NCBI GenBank assembly: GCA_014894455.1
Contig: JADBLN010000030.1
Span: forward strand, 13,547 to 62,073
DNA: 48,527 nucleotides
Source: Acidobacteriota bacterium
Lineage (GTDB): Bacteria; Acidobacteriota; Aminicenantia; Aminicenantales; Saccharicenantaceae
Reading direction: 5' to 3'
The translations under genes were made by a program, and so were the position numbers. The notes under the pieces are model-generated. The model searched no databases, was not told the DNA's origin, and saw only the letters and a program-made list of their open reading frames with translations. Positions 27,564 to 36,533 of this stretch are shown piece after piece. Position 1 is the stretch's first letter, and each line of letters starts with the position of its first letter.

Positions 27564-28061
27564 ATGACCCGAAAAACGATCGCCTTTATGATCGCGGCGG
27601 GGATGCTCCTCGGGCTGGCGGCGGCGCGGCCGGCCGGGGCCCAGTCCCGGGAGAACGAACGGCCTCTCGGCTTTTATATCAACCTCGGCTACGTCAACCT
27701 CAACGGCTACCCCAAGTGGATCGCGCTCGGTCCTGAGCTCGAACTGCGGCTCGGAAAGATCGTCAGCTTCAACCCGGAACTCTCGGTCTGGCTCCGGGAT
27801 TCCTTCGGGAACTCTGCCCATGTCGTCCCCGGCGTGACCGTGAACTTCAGGCTCCGGCGTTTTTTCTTCGGAGGAGGGGTCGTCCGGCGCATCTCCGACT
27901 GGGCCGAAGACGCCGGCGGCTGGCTCGTCCCCAAATTCCAACTGGGCTACCTGTCGGGCCCGACCAGGCTGTCCTTATCCCTTCACTACCTCAACCGGAC
28001 CGACGATATCGTCCTCGGTCTGAATTTCGGGTTCAGAATCGGTATCCGCCGGAGGGATTGA
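27564..28061 (+). CDS. Small outer-membrane beta-barrel-like protein
   Basis: Signal peptide (AGA/QS); alternating amphipathic strands ending LGLNFGFRI. Confidence 0.65.
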   Translation: MTRKTIAFMIAAGMLLGLAAARPAGAQSRENERPLGFYINLGYVNLNGYPKWIALGPELELRLGKIVSFNPELSVWLRDSFGNSAHVVPGVTVNFRLRRFFFGGGVVRRISDWAEDAGGWLVPKFQLGYLSGPTRLSLSLHYLNRTDDIVLGLNFGFRIGIRRRD

Positions 28062-28071
28062 CGCCCGGAGG

Positions 28072-29550
28072 CTAAAGCGCGGCCAGGGCCTTGAGGGCCA
28101 GGCTGTAGAGCCAGCGGTGGGACTTGTTGCCGTTGGTCAGGATGGCGATGCCGGTCCGCTTGTTCAGATTCCCGGCCAGGAAGGCCGTGTAGCCGTTGAC
28201 GCTGCCGCTGTGGGCGATGATCGTCTCGCCGTTGACGGTCGAAATCCACCAGGCCAGGCCGTAGCCGGACGTCTCGTTGAGCCAGCCGCCGTTGATCGGG
28301 CCGGCGAAGCGGTCGTACTGCCGCTTCATCATCTCCCGGAAGGTCGCCTCGCTCAAGAGCCGGCGCCCCTTGTAGACCCCGCCGTTGAGGTTGGCCATGA
28401 GCCAGCGGGCCTGGTCGATGGCCGTTCCATAGACGACGCCGGCCGGCCAGGCGTCGGCCTTGACCCAGTCCACGGGCCGGAAGACGCCGCCGCGCCGCCG
28501 CACGGGCATGTAGGGGATAGCCAGCCGCTCGGCCATGTCGGCCCGCGGCTCGAAGGCGGTGTCGCGCATCTCGACGGGGGTGAAGACGTTCTTCCGCATG
28601 TACTCCTTGAACGGAACGCCCGAGAACTTCTCGACGAGGTGGGCGACGAGGGTGAAGGCGATGTTGGAATAGAGGACGCGCGTCCCCGGCCGCCGGGCCA
28701 GCCGGAGCCGCCCGCGGAGGTAATCGACGAGCGACGGCGGTGCCTGATCCTCCCAGACGGCGTGCCGGCCGAAATCGGTTGGCAGGCCCGAAGTGTGGGT
28801 CAGGAGGTTGCGGAACGTCACGAGGTAGCGCTTGTTCTCGCCCTCGATCTTGAAGTCCGTGAGATAATCGTTGACCCGGTCGTCGAGCTTGAACTTGCCC
28901 TGCTCCATCTGCTGGAGGAGGGCCGTCGCCGACATCGTCTTGAAAGTCGAGGCGATGAGGTAGACGGTGTCGCAGGCGGCCGGGGTCTTGACCCGGACGT
29001 TGGACAGGCCGGCCGACCGCGTCCAGACGATGCGCTCGCCGGAGACGAGGACGACGGCCATGGACGGGATGCGGCCGACCTTGAGCAAGCGCTCGATCTC
29101 GGGGTCGAGGAGGGCGGCGAGGCGCGGGTCGTCGACGGGCGAGAACGGGCGCGCCGCGGCGGGGTCGGAGACGATGGCCGGGCCGAGCATCGGGTCGTCG
29201 TCGACGTCACCCTCGTACTCGTCGGGACCGGTCTCGAGGTCGGCGAACGCTCCCGTCGGACCGGAGTCACCTTCGGGGCCGATGGACGAGGACGGCGCGC
29301 CGACGCCGTTCCCGTTCTTGCCGTTCGGTCCGTTGGTCCCATCGGCCCGTCCGCCGATGATCTTCGTGGCCACGAAGAGGCCGATCGCGACGAGGGCCAG
29401 GACGACGAGGGCGATGTCGGCCGCCCGCCGCAGGCGCGAAAGCGACCGCTCGGTGGGGCGCGGGGAAGGCTCCGGCGCGGCGGGCAGGCCGGCGGCCGGA
29501 CCCGGGCCCTTCTTCGATCTCCGCTTCATAGGCTTGGCCATGCCGCTCAT
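28072..29550 (-). CDS. Membrane-anchored serine hydrolase (beta-lactamase class C/PBP-like)
   Basis: SxxK (ASTFK), LLTHTSGL, YSN and HSG motifs; N-terminal TM helix and low-complexity linker. Confidence 0.9.
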   Translation of the reverse strand: MSGMAKPMKRRSKKGPGPAAGLPAAPEPSPRPTERSLSRLRRAADIALVVLALVAIGLFVATKIIGGRADGTNGPNGKNGNGVGAPSSSIGPEGDSGPTGAFADLETGPDEYEGDVDDDPMLGPAIVSDPAAARPFSPVDDPRLAALLDPEIERLLKVGRIPSMAVVLVSGERIVWTRSAGLSNVRVKTPAACDTVYLIASTFKTMSATALLQQMEQGKFKLDDRVNDYLTDFKIEGENKRYLVTFRNLLTHTSGLPTDFGRHAVWEDQAPPSLVDYLRGRLRLARRPGTRVLYSNIAFTLVAHLVEKFSGVPFKEYMRKNVFTPVEMRDTAFEPRADMAERLAIPYMPVRRRGGVFRPVDWVKADAWPAGVVYGTAIDQARWLMANLNGGVYKGRRLLSEATFREMMKRQYDRFAGPINGGWLNETSGYGLAWWISTVNGETIIAHSGSVNGYTAFLAGNLNKRTGIAILTNGNKSHRWLYSLALKALAAL

Positions 29551-29582
29551 GTTGATCTCACGTCCGGTGAAAGATTATACCA

Positions 29583-29653
29583 CAGCGGCCGGGGCGGGCG
29601 GGCCCCCGGGCTTGCCCGGGGATCCGCTTCCGCCGCGAAGGCTCGTCCCTTGA
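29583..29653 (-). repeat. Short version of the host element seen at 18129-18291
   Basis: Reverse complement tcaagggacgagccttcgcggcggaagcggatcccc...gccccggccgctg matches both flanks of the 99-bp repeat at 18129-18291. Confidence 0.75.
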
Positions 29654-29716
29654 TGCCTTGTTTCGGAGGGCTCATCGCGAGTATGCTTCGTGGGCACGGA
29701 CGAAAGAGGTGAAGGC

Positions 29717-30595
29717 ATGCTAACGGCGAACCGCACGGTCTCACTGCTGGCTTTATCCGCCTGGGTCGCGATCGCGATGCCGGCGGAAGGCCAATCCCGC
29801 CCCGGCGGACCCAACCCCGACAAGCGTCTCGGCGCATGGGAAAGACAGCTCGTCCTGGCGCCGCAGCTCTACTCGCGGCTAACCTGGGCTGAGAGACGTC
29901 TCCGTCCCACCGGGCTCCGGAAGCTCGAGAAAATGGGACGGACGCTGGCGCCGGCCGTCGCCGCGGGAACCGGATTCCCTTCGCTCCGCGACCAGGCCGA
30001 GCAGGAGGTCGCCGCGTCTTTCGTGGGGCTCGCGGCCACGGACATCTCGGAAGCCGCTTTCATCGTCCTGTCCATGGCCACCAAGGACATGGACGACGAC
30101 ATCCGCATGATCATGGCCGAGATCAAGGCGACGAGCGCGGCCAAACAGAAGCTGCGGGACCTGATCAAGGAGCTCAACAGCTGGATTTCCCAGGAGATGT
30201 CCAAGCACCCGGGGTCCGAGGACATCGACAACGAAAAGGTGGAGAAGCCGGGAACGACGGCCGGCGCCGCCCGGCCCGCCGCAAAGACACCGGTCCCTCC
30301 CGTCCGCAGGATGACCCTCGAGACCAAGGCCTCGCCCGTGATCCATCTCGAGTATGTCAAAGCGCCCGTCATCCCGCCGCTCCCGCCGCGGAACCCCGGC
30401 TTGACGGTCTCCGGTCTCAAGTTCTTGCTGGACGATCTCCAGGGGAACCTCGACGGCATGAACGAGATGTCGGAGATGACCTCGCTGCGGCTCCAGATGA
30501 CCATGGACCGCCGCTCCAAGTTCATCCAAACGCTCTCCAACATGATGAAGAAAATCGGCACCACCCAAGAAACGCTCGCCCAGAACATCAAGTGA
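29717..30595 (+). CDS. Hypothetical exported helical protein with EspA/Bsp22/needle-like C-terminus
   Basis: GAGGTG RBS; signal-like N-terminus; ends SLRLQMTMDRRSKFIQTLSNMMKKIGTTQETLAQNIK. Confidence 0.8.
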   Translation: MLTANRTVSLLALSAWVAIAMPAEGQSRPGGPNPDKRLGAWERQLVLAPQLYSRLTWAERRLRPTGLRKLEKMGRTLAPAVAAGTGFPSLRDQAEQEVAASFVGLAATDISEAAFIVLSMATKDMDDDIRMIMAEIKATSAAKQKLRDLIKELNSWISQEMSKHPGSEDIDNEKVEKPGTTAGAARPAAKTPVPPVRRMTLETKASPVIHLEYVKAPVIPPLPPRNPGLTVSGLKFLLDDLQGNLDGMNEMSEMTSLRLQMTMDRRSKFIQTLSNMMKKIGTTQETLAQNIK

Positions 30596-30681
30596 GCGCG
30601 GACCGCATGTCGAGTACAAGGACTACAAGTTCTTCGAAGTCAAGGTCAGGACCGAAGTCCGGAAGGGCGGTTAGGTAGGCC

Positions 30682-30888
30682 TCAATCGTCGGGCAGGCCG
30701 GCCAGCTTGTCCTGGACGCGACGCAGCTCGTCCTGGACTTCCTTGAACAGCTTGGCTTTGAAGGCCAGGGTGTCGAGCGCCTTGGTTTCGTTCATGGTGC
30801 TCTTCAGCCGGTCGATCCGGGTGAGGATCTCCGCTTCGCGCCGGCGCAGCCGGGCGATCTCTTCTTTATTCAAGGGAAACTCAGGCAT
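30682..30888 (-). CDS. Small coiled-coil hypothetical protein (68 aa)
   Basis: AGGA RBS; heptad-like charged helices; host-like codon usage. Confidence 0.65.
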   Translation of the reverse strand: MPEFPLNKEEIARLRRREAEILTRIDRLKSTMNETKALDTLAFKAKLFKEVQDELRRVQDKLAGLPDD

Positions 30889-30973
30889 GCGTCGGTCCTA
30901 ACGATGTTTCTATTGTAGAGGGAACGGCCGGCCAGGGCAAGTTTAAGCTGGTACCTTCTTTTTTTCTTTTTCT

Positions 30974-33900
30974 TTATCTCAATAGCCGGACGGTCTGGAT
31001 CTCGAAGGACTTGAGCCGGACGGGGATCGACTCGGCCTCGACGGTTTCACTGCCACCCGTCCGCCTGGTCGTTATACCGAGGAAGAATCCACTTGCCAGC
31101 CGCACATCCGTGGCCCTGCCGGCGATCTCCCGAAGGCGGGCGACGGGTGTTCCGTCGGCGTCGAGCCAGAGCGCCTGGACGATGACGTTGGGCTGGTCGA
31201 CGGACAAGAACGATTCCCCCGCCGTCGTGATCCGGCCTTTGTTCCGGGCCGGGATCCAAGTCGCGATGAGCGGCGTGTGGACATCCCAGCCGAATCGGGA
31301 GGCGGCGACACGGTCCGAAGCGGGGGCCGCGCCGTTACCTGGATCGGCAGGCGGAGCGCTCGTCAGGCTATAGCGGAATTCGATTCGTCCCTCCTGGCTC
31401 GCCTTGAAATTCGTCATCCAATAGTTGTTCATGGCATAGGAAAAAACCCAGGCGTTCGCGAGGTCGAGGCGCGTGAGCCATTTTCCCGTGTTGATGTCGC
31501 CGAACTGGACGAGCGGCGCCTCTACGGGAGACCAGACGACCCGGGCGTCCTTTCCGGAAAACTCGACCCAGTTTTGGACCGTGTGCCAATCGAGGGTCGT
31601 GCCGGAGAGCTGTTCGGCCCCCGGGGCCATGTCGGCGTCGGCGATCTCGAACCGGACGTTCGGCCCGACCTGCCCCGATACGCCCGCCTCCGGCCGCTTT
31701 TCCCTGAGCGGGGAGGAAAGCGGACCGAGCTTGGCGCTGAGCGCGCCGGGCAACCCCGGCCCGACTTCGAACGGAAAGGCGAAATAGACGGCCTCGGGCG
31801 CGAACGTTTCCTCTTTATCGAGAATGTTGACGAGGTCGACGCGCTTGACGTCGTCGTAGAGGATGATGCGTTGCTCGAGTGACGGGCACATCTTCGGCGA
31901 ACTCTTGATGATGAGGCTTGCGGCCACCGGCCCCTGCCAGCCGGCCTCGACCTTGGCCGACTCGGGCGACCAGCGGTTGAACGCCGCCCGCTTGGTCATG
32001 TCGTCCACGGCCTTGCGGCCGCCGACGGGTTGCTCATAGATGTAGGCGTTGAGCGGCCAGGGGCAGGCCTTGTCGACGAGCTCGCGGCCGAGCTCCTTGT
32101 CGTAAAGACTCGAGATGCCTCCCGTCTTCGCGTCCACGGTGACACGGTAGAAGCGGTTTTCGATCGTATTGCCGCGAAACTCGGAGACCGGTCCTGCCGC
32201 TTGAACCGGCGCCCCGGACGCCTCTCCCGCCGTGACCGCGAACACGGCGTAGCCCATCGACGGGACGTTCTGCGCGAGGACCAGCATGGCGTCATCGCCC
32301 AGCATCTGGAACTTCGCGCCGCTGCCGAGGCGCCGGTCGACGACCCGGAGCTTCCCTTTCGCCTCGCGCAGCGGCCCGGCCGGAAGAGTCACGCGGACGA
32401 CGTCCGTCCTCGGCCAGGAGAGCGGGTTGAAGACGGCGAACTCGAATTCGCCGTCGGCGCTGATGAGCCGGACCAGGGCCTCGGTCCCACGCCGCAGGAG
32501 CGTCCGCGAGGCCTCCCGCGCCTCATAAGCGAAGCTCGACTTCGCCGCCCACTGGCCGCGGGCCAGTTCAGACTGCGGTTCGTCGATCGAATTGTAGGCC
32601 CCCCAGGTGTGCTCGTCGTAGAGCATGGCCAGCTCGTGGGCATCCCGGATCTGGCCCTCCGGGAAGCGGAAGGCCTTAGCCGGGTCGAGATTCGCCGCCA
32701 GCGCCGATATTTTTTCGGCCGAGACGAGGTCGCTGTGGGTCATGCGGTTGAGCCCGGTCTCGAAGGACGTCGAGGCGACGCCGTCGGTCCAGTAGTCGGG
32801 CCAGCCGAGCTTGTGGACGGGGAGTGATTTCCCGTAACCCTTCTCTAAGCGACCGAAAAATTCGCTCATCGTGGCCAGCCGGAGGCGCGGCGAGACGTAA
32901 CGCTCGTTCCATTCCTTGACCAGGTCGGAGAGGCCGCGCCCGGGCGGGCAGTTGTCCGTCGTCCAGGCCCCGATGTTGAAGGCGATGATGTCGTAGGGAT
33001 AATCGCCGCGCGCCTCGAGCTTGGCCAGATAGTTCCCGACTTTCGGGGCGCTTTTCGCGACCGGCTCGTGGAGGAGGAGCTCGTAGTTCCCGAACAGGTA
33101 ATGCTCGCCGTTCCAGTGGAGGATGCGGCTGCCGTCGGGCGATTCCCACCAAAAAGCGTTCGGCCGGCGGAGAGGGGCGCGGGAGCGCGTCTCGTTGATG
33201 CCTGTGGCGAAATAGCGGATGCCGGCCTGGGCGAAAACCTGGGGCAGGGCCCAGGAAAAGCCGGTGACGTCGTTGTTCATGGCCGAGCGGACCTCGAAAT
33301 CGTAGGTCCGGGCGTACTCCCGGGCCAGGTCGACGGAGCGTAGGAGTTCTTCGTGGGAGAAGCCGTCGGACTGATTGAGGTAGAGCCCGGACAGCTCGAC
33401 GCGGCCGGCACGGATGAGGTCGGCCAGGGCGCGGACATCGGCCTCGGGACGGGTCCGGATGAAATTCTGGAGGGCCCAGGAGATCTCGATGTTCCAGCGG
33501 AACCTGGCGTCGTCGGGATAGGCGTCAGTTTGCCGGCAATAGTCGATGACGGAGTCGAGGTATTCGACGTGGTTTTGGGCGACCCGCGTCTGAAGCTCGG
33601 TATAGCCGATGTCCGTGTGGGAATGATGGAAGAGATAGACGGACCAGCGGCGCTGGGGGGCAAGGGTGATCTCGCGGCTGAGGACGGTCGTACCGATCCT
33701 GACCTCGAAGCGCGCCCTGACGGGCTTCGCGGCCTCGAGAACGCGCGTCTCCACGACGTTCCTGCCGGGCTCGAGGCTGAGCGAGGTCACGTCCAGGCCG
33801 AGAGGCTTGCCGGCGATCCAAGCCTTGACGGAGGCCGGCGCGCCTGCGGGGCCGGCCTGGTCGATGATGAGTTGGACGACCTGCTTGACCACCGCCCCGT

Positions 33901-34093
33901 CCCTGACCAGGAAAACGGTCGGGACGACGTCGAGCGCGGGTTTCGTGACCTGGTTCACGGAGGGCCCGGACGCCGGCGCCGTCTGGGACGATGTCTCTCC
34001 ATGGGCGGACAGGACCGGCCCAGCGACAAGCGCGGCCAAGAGCAAGGGGACCGCGCAGATAAGGGCGGCTTTCCCGTTGTTTCTTTTTCGCAT
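30974..34093 (-). CDS. GH38-like (alpha-mannosidase family) glycoside hydrolase, exported
   Basis: HHSHTDIGYT, NDVTGFSW, FWWESPDGS, WPDYWTDG, LYDEHTWG, VFNPLSWPR, IENRFYRV, MNNYWMTNF; AAGGAGG RBS. Confidence 0.88.
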   Translation of the reverse strand: MRKRNNGKAALICAVPLLLAALVAGPVLSAHGETSSQTAPASGPSVNQVTKPALDVVPTVFLVRDGAVVKQVVQLIIDQAGPAGAPASVKAWIAGKPLGLDVTSLSLEPGRNVVETRVLEAAKPVRARFEVRIGTTVLSREITLAPQRRWSVYLFHHSHTDIGYTELQTRVAQNHVEYLDSVIDYCRQTDAYPDDARFRWNIEISWALQNFIRTRPEADVRALADLIRAGRVELSGLYLNQSDGFSHEELLRSVDLAREYARTYDFEVRSAMNNDVTGFSWALPQVFAQAGIRYFATGINETRSRAPLRRPNAFWWESPDGSRILHWNGEHYLFGNYELLLHEPVAKSAPKVGNYLAKLEARGDYPYDIIAFNIGAWTTDNCPPGRGLSDLVKEWNERYVSPRLRLATMSEFFGRLEKGYGKSLPVHKLGWPDYWTDGVASTSFETGLNRMTHSDLVSAEKISALAANLDPAKAFRFPEGQIRDAHELAMLYDEHTWGAYNSIDEPQSELARGQWAAKSSFAYEAREASRTLLRRGTEALVRLISADGEFEFAVFNPLSWPRTDVVRVTLPAGPLREAKGKLRVVDRRLGSGAKFQMLGDDAMLVLAQNVPSMGYAVFAVTAGEASGAPVQAAGPVSEFRGNTIENRFYRVTVDAKTGGISSLYDKELGRELVDKACPWPLNAYIYEQPVGGRKAVDDMTKRAAFNRWSPESAKVEAGWQGPVAASLIIKSSPKMCPSLEQRIILYDDVKRVDLVNILDKEETFAPEAVYFAFPFEVGPGLPGALSAKLGPLSSPLREKRPEAGVSGQVGPNVRFEIADADMAPGAEQLSGTTLDWHTVQNWVEFSGKDARVVWSPVEAPLVQFGDINTGKWLTRLDLANAWVFSYAMNNYWMTNFKASQEGRIEFRYSLTSAPPADPGNGAAPASDRVAASRFGWDVHTPLIATWIPARNKGRITTAGESFLSVDQPNVIVQALWLDADGTPVARLREIAGRATDVRLASGFFLGITTRRTGGSETVEAESIPVRLKSFEIQTVRLLR

Positions 34094-34214
34094 TTGAGGC
34101 CCTCCTTGGGTTTCAATCTAACATGCCCCGGGACCCGAGGTAAAGGTCCGGCCCAGCGGACCAGCCGTTTGACCGCCTGCGGCGGTTATGCCATCATAGA
34201 ATTTCGAGGACGAT

Positions 34215-35027
34215 ATGATAGCACGCCGAAGCGTCGTCACGACACTGATGGTCCTGACCATGGCCGCCCTGGTCTCGGGATACGCCAACGCGGCCGCTGC
34301 CCGGGCGGGCGACGCCGCGGCCGAGCCCCAGAAGAAGAAAAGCCAGGCCGGCGAAAAAAGCGCCCAGTACCAGTACGAAAAGGGCGCCATCGCCCTTCGT
34401 TACGGTCTCGCCGACGAAGCCATCCGTTACGGGAAGCTGGGCATCTCCCTAGACCCGGAGCACTTCAACTCCTGGAACCTCCTGGGGTCGGCCTATTACA
34501 CCAAGGCCGAGTATGGCCCCGCGGCCGAGGCCTACGGCAAGGCGGCGGCCCTCAAGCCGGACGCCGCGGACGTCCAGAGGAACCTCGGCATGGCCTGGAT
34601 CGAGCTCAAGGAGACAGAAAAGGCCAGCGCCGCCTTGAAAAAGGCTTTCGAGCTCGGCGAAGATGCCGAGGCCGCTTATAATCTGGGACGGCTTTTCTAC
34701 GTCGAAAAGAGGTTCGACGAGGCCCTGGAATACGCCCTCAAGTCCATCCAAAAAAATAGCGGGAGCGCCAAGGCGTACAACCTCAAAGGCGTCATCCTGA
34801 ACCAGATGGGGCGCTACGCCGAGGCCGCCGGGAGCTTCCAGGCCGGCCTCGTCCTGGCCCCCGAGGACATCGGCCTCCAGGTCAACCTGGGCGTCGCCTT
34901 CATCAACGCCAACGAGCCGGCCAAGGCCAAGGCCGTCTTCGAGGCGGTCCTTCCCAGCATCAAGGAACAGGCGTTGAAGGACCAGGTCGAGAACTACCTC
35001 AAGTCCATCAAGGACGCCGGGAACTAG
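34215..35027 (+). CDS. Tetratricopeptide repeat protein, exported
   Basis: Signal peptide; repeated TPR motifs (WNLLGSAY, NLGMAW, YNLGRLF, YNLKGVIL, NLGVAF). Confidence 0.9.
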   Translation: MIARRSVVTTLMVLTMAALVSGYANAAAARAGDAAAEPQKKKSQAGEKSAQYQYEKGAIALRYGLADEAIRYGKLGISLDPEHFNSWNLLGSAYYTKAEYGPAAEAYGKAAALKPDAADVQRNLGMAWIELKETEKASAALKKAFELGEDAEAAYNLGRLFYVEKRFDEALEYALKSIQKNSGSAKAYNLKGVILNQMGRYAEAAGSFQAGLVLAPEDIGLQVNLGVAFINANEPAKAKAVFEAVLPSIKEQALKDQVENYLKSIKDAGN

Positions 35028-35883
35028 CCCCGGAAAAGCGGGCTTCCATGGCTCGCAGGAAGGCCGTCCCTTTTTCGACGAAAGCCCGGCCGTCCGGACA
35101 GAGGTCCTGGAAAATCCCCCGTTCGAAGGCGAAATCCCCGAGGCTCGAATTGTAGGTCTCAAGCCCGACCGTACCGTCGAAGTCGATCTCAGCGAGCGTC
35201 CGAAAAACGACCTCCCAAGGCACGAGCCCGCCGCCGGGCACACCCCGGTCGTTCTCGCAGGCGTGGACGAGGGCGAGGCGCGGGCCGAGGACGCGCAGGC
35301 CCTCGGCGTAGTCGCGAACTTCCGTGATAGCGTGGTAGGTATCGAACGTGGCCTTGATGTTCGGGTGGCCGGCGAAGGCGATGAGCTGGGCGAGCCGGGC
35401 CGGGGTGTTGACAAGATGGGTCCGGAACCGGCTCATCGGCTCGAGGACGACGGCGACGCGCCGCGCGGCCGCATATTCGGCCAGGGCGTGGAGGCCTTCG
35501 GCGGCGCGGGGGAACTCGTCGGCCGGCGGGCGGCGGCGTTTGACGACGCCCGGATGCCCGTAGAGGCAGCCGGCGTACGCGGCGGCGCCTAGCTCGGCGG
35601 CGAGGTCGATCTGCCGCTTGTGCCAGGAGAGGCCGCGGACCCGGTCTCCGGCGTCGTCGGCCGAAAGGTCGCAGTCGAGCGGCCAGAGACCGCCCGGGCC
35701 GACGATGAGCTCGAGGCCGAGAGCGGCGGCGCGCCGGCCGGTCAGCCGCGGACTGAAGACGACGTCGTCGCCGACGGAAAGCTCGAACATGTCCAGACCC
35801 AGCTCCCGGGCGAGGTCGAGAAAACGCAGGTCGGCGTCCGACCAGCTCCGGGTGAAGAGGTAACAGTGGGCTCCGTATTTCAC
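35008..35883 (-). CDS. Sugar phosphate isomerase/epimerase (D-psicose/D-tagatose 3-epimerase family)
   Basis: LEPMSRF, FDTYH, VHACENDRGVPG, GLETY (E-D-H-E metal site). Confidence 0.85.
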   Translation of the reverse strand: MKYGAHCYLFTRSWSDADLRFLDLARELGLDMFELSVGDDVVFSPRLTGRRAAALGLELIVGPGGLWPLDCDLSADDAGDRVRGLSWHKRQIDLAAELGAAAYAGCLYGHPGVVKRRRPPADEFPRAAEGLHALAEYAAARRVAVVLEPMSRFRTHLVNTPARLAQLIAFAGHPNIKATFDTYHAITEVRDYAEGLRVLGPRLALVHACENDRGVPGGGLVPWEVVFRTLAEIDFDGTVGLETYNSSLGDFAFERGIFQDLCPDGRAFVEKGTAFLRAMEARFSGASSRRP

Positions 35884-35948
35884 GGGCCAAAGATACCCCA
35901 GCTCCGCGGCGAGTTCAAGCCGAAGGGCGAAGGTGATATGATAGCCGC

Positions 35949-36173
35949 ATGAACTGGGTCACCGTCCACAAGACCAACGGAGTCACGGACGCGGAGATCC
36001 TCAAAAACATGCTCGAGTCCTTCGGCATTCCCGCCCGGGTGAGTTACGAGTCCGTTGGCAAGATCTACGGCTTGACCATGGACGGGATGGGTGTCGTCGC
36101 CCTTCTCGTGCCCGAAGACAGGGCCCGGGAAGCGCAGGACATCCTGGCCGAGCATTTCACGCCTGAAGCCTGA
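35949..36173 (+). CDS. DUF2007 domain small protein
   Basis: WVTVH...AEILKNMLESFGIP...LLVPEDRAREAQDIL. Confidence 0.82.
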   Translation: MNWVTVHKTNGVTDAEILKNMLESFGIPARVSYESVGKIYGLTMDGMGVVALLVPEDRAREAQDILAEHFTPEA

Positions 36174-36234
36174 GAACCTCCTCATCGATATGGAGACGGG
36201 CCGATACGTTTCGGCCTGCCATACGTCTTATGGG

Positions 36235-36471
36235 GTGAAGACGGACGAAGACATGACATCCTTCGACGAGCTTTACGACATGTACCACGCGCACATCTGC
36301 CGATTCGCCATCGTCCGCAGCGAGACGCCGGTCAAGCGGCGGGCCGAGGGCGCGGGGGGAAGCGCGGGTCCGGAAAAATGCCCGAGCTGCGGCAAGACCG
36401 TCGAGGGCGGTTGGAAAGCCTGCCCGGCCTGCGGCGCGAGCCTCGACCCCGGGGACATCCGCCAAGCCTGA
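36235..36471 (+). CDS. Chimeric-looking small ORF: ECF-sigma-like N-terminal helix plus zinc ribbon
   Basis: MTSFDELYDMYHAHICRFA then CPSCG...CPACG; ECF-like promoter GATACG-N15-CGTCTT at 36203-36229. Confidence 0.5.
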   Translation: MKTDEDMTSFDELYDMYHAHICRFAIVRSETPVKRRAEGAGGSAGPEKCPSCGKTVEGGWKACPACGASLDPGDIRQA

Positions 36472-36472
36472 C

Positions 36473-36527
36473 CAAGAGGGGGTCAAACCTACCTTTTGCA
36501 GCAAAAGGTAGGTTTGACCCCCTCTTG
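36473..36527. repeat. REP-like perfect palindrome (27-bp arms, 1-nt spacer) between convergent genes
   Basis: caagagggggtcaaacctaccttttgc-a-gcaaaaggtaggtttgaccccctcttg. Confidence 0.92.
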
Positions 36528-36533
36528 CCCTTC

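Noticed and set aside
28072-29550. Bona fide antibiotic-resistance beta-lactamase
   Set aside because: Motifs (SxxK, YSN, HSG) fit the broad serine hydrolase/peptidase family; no evidence for AmpC specificity.
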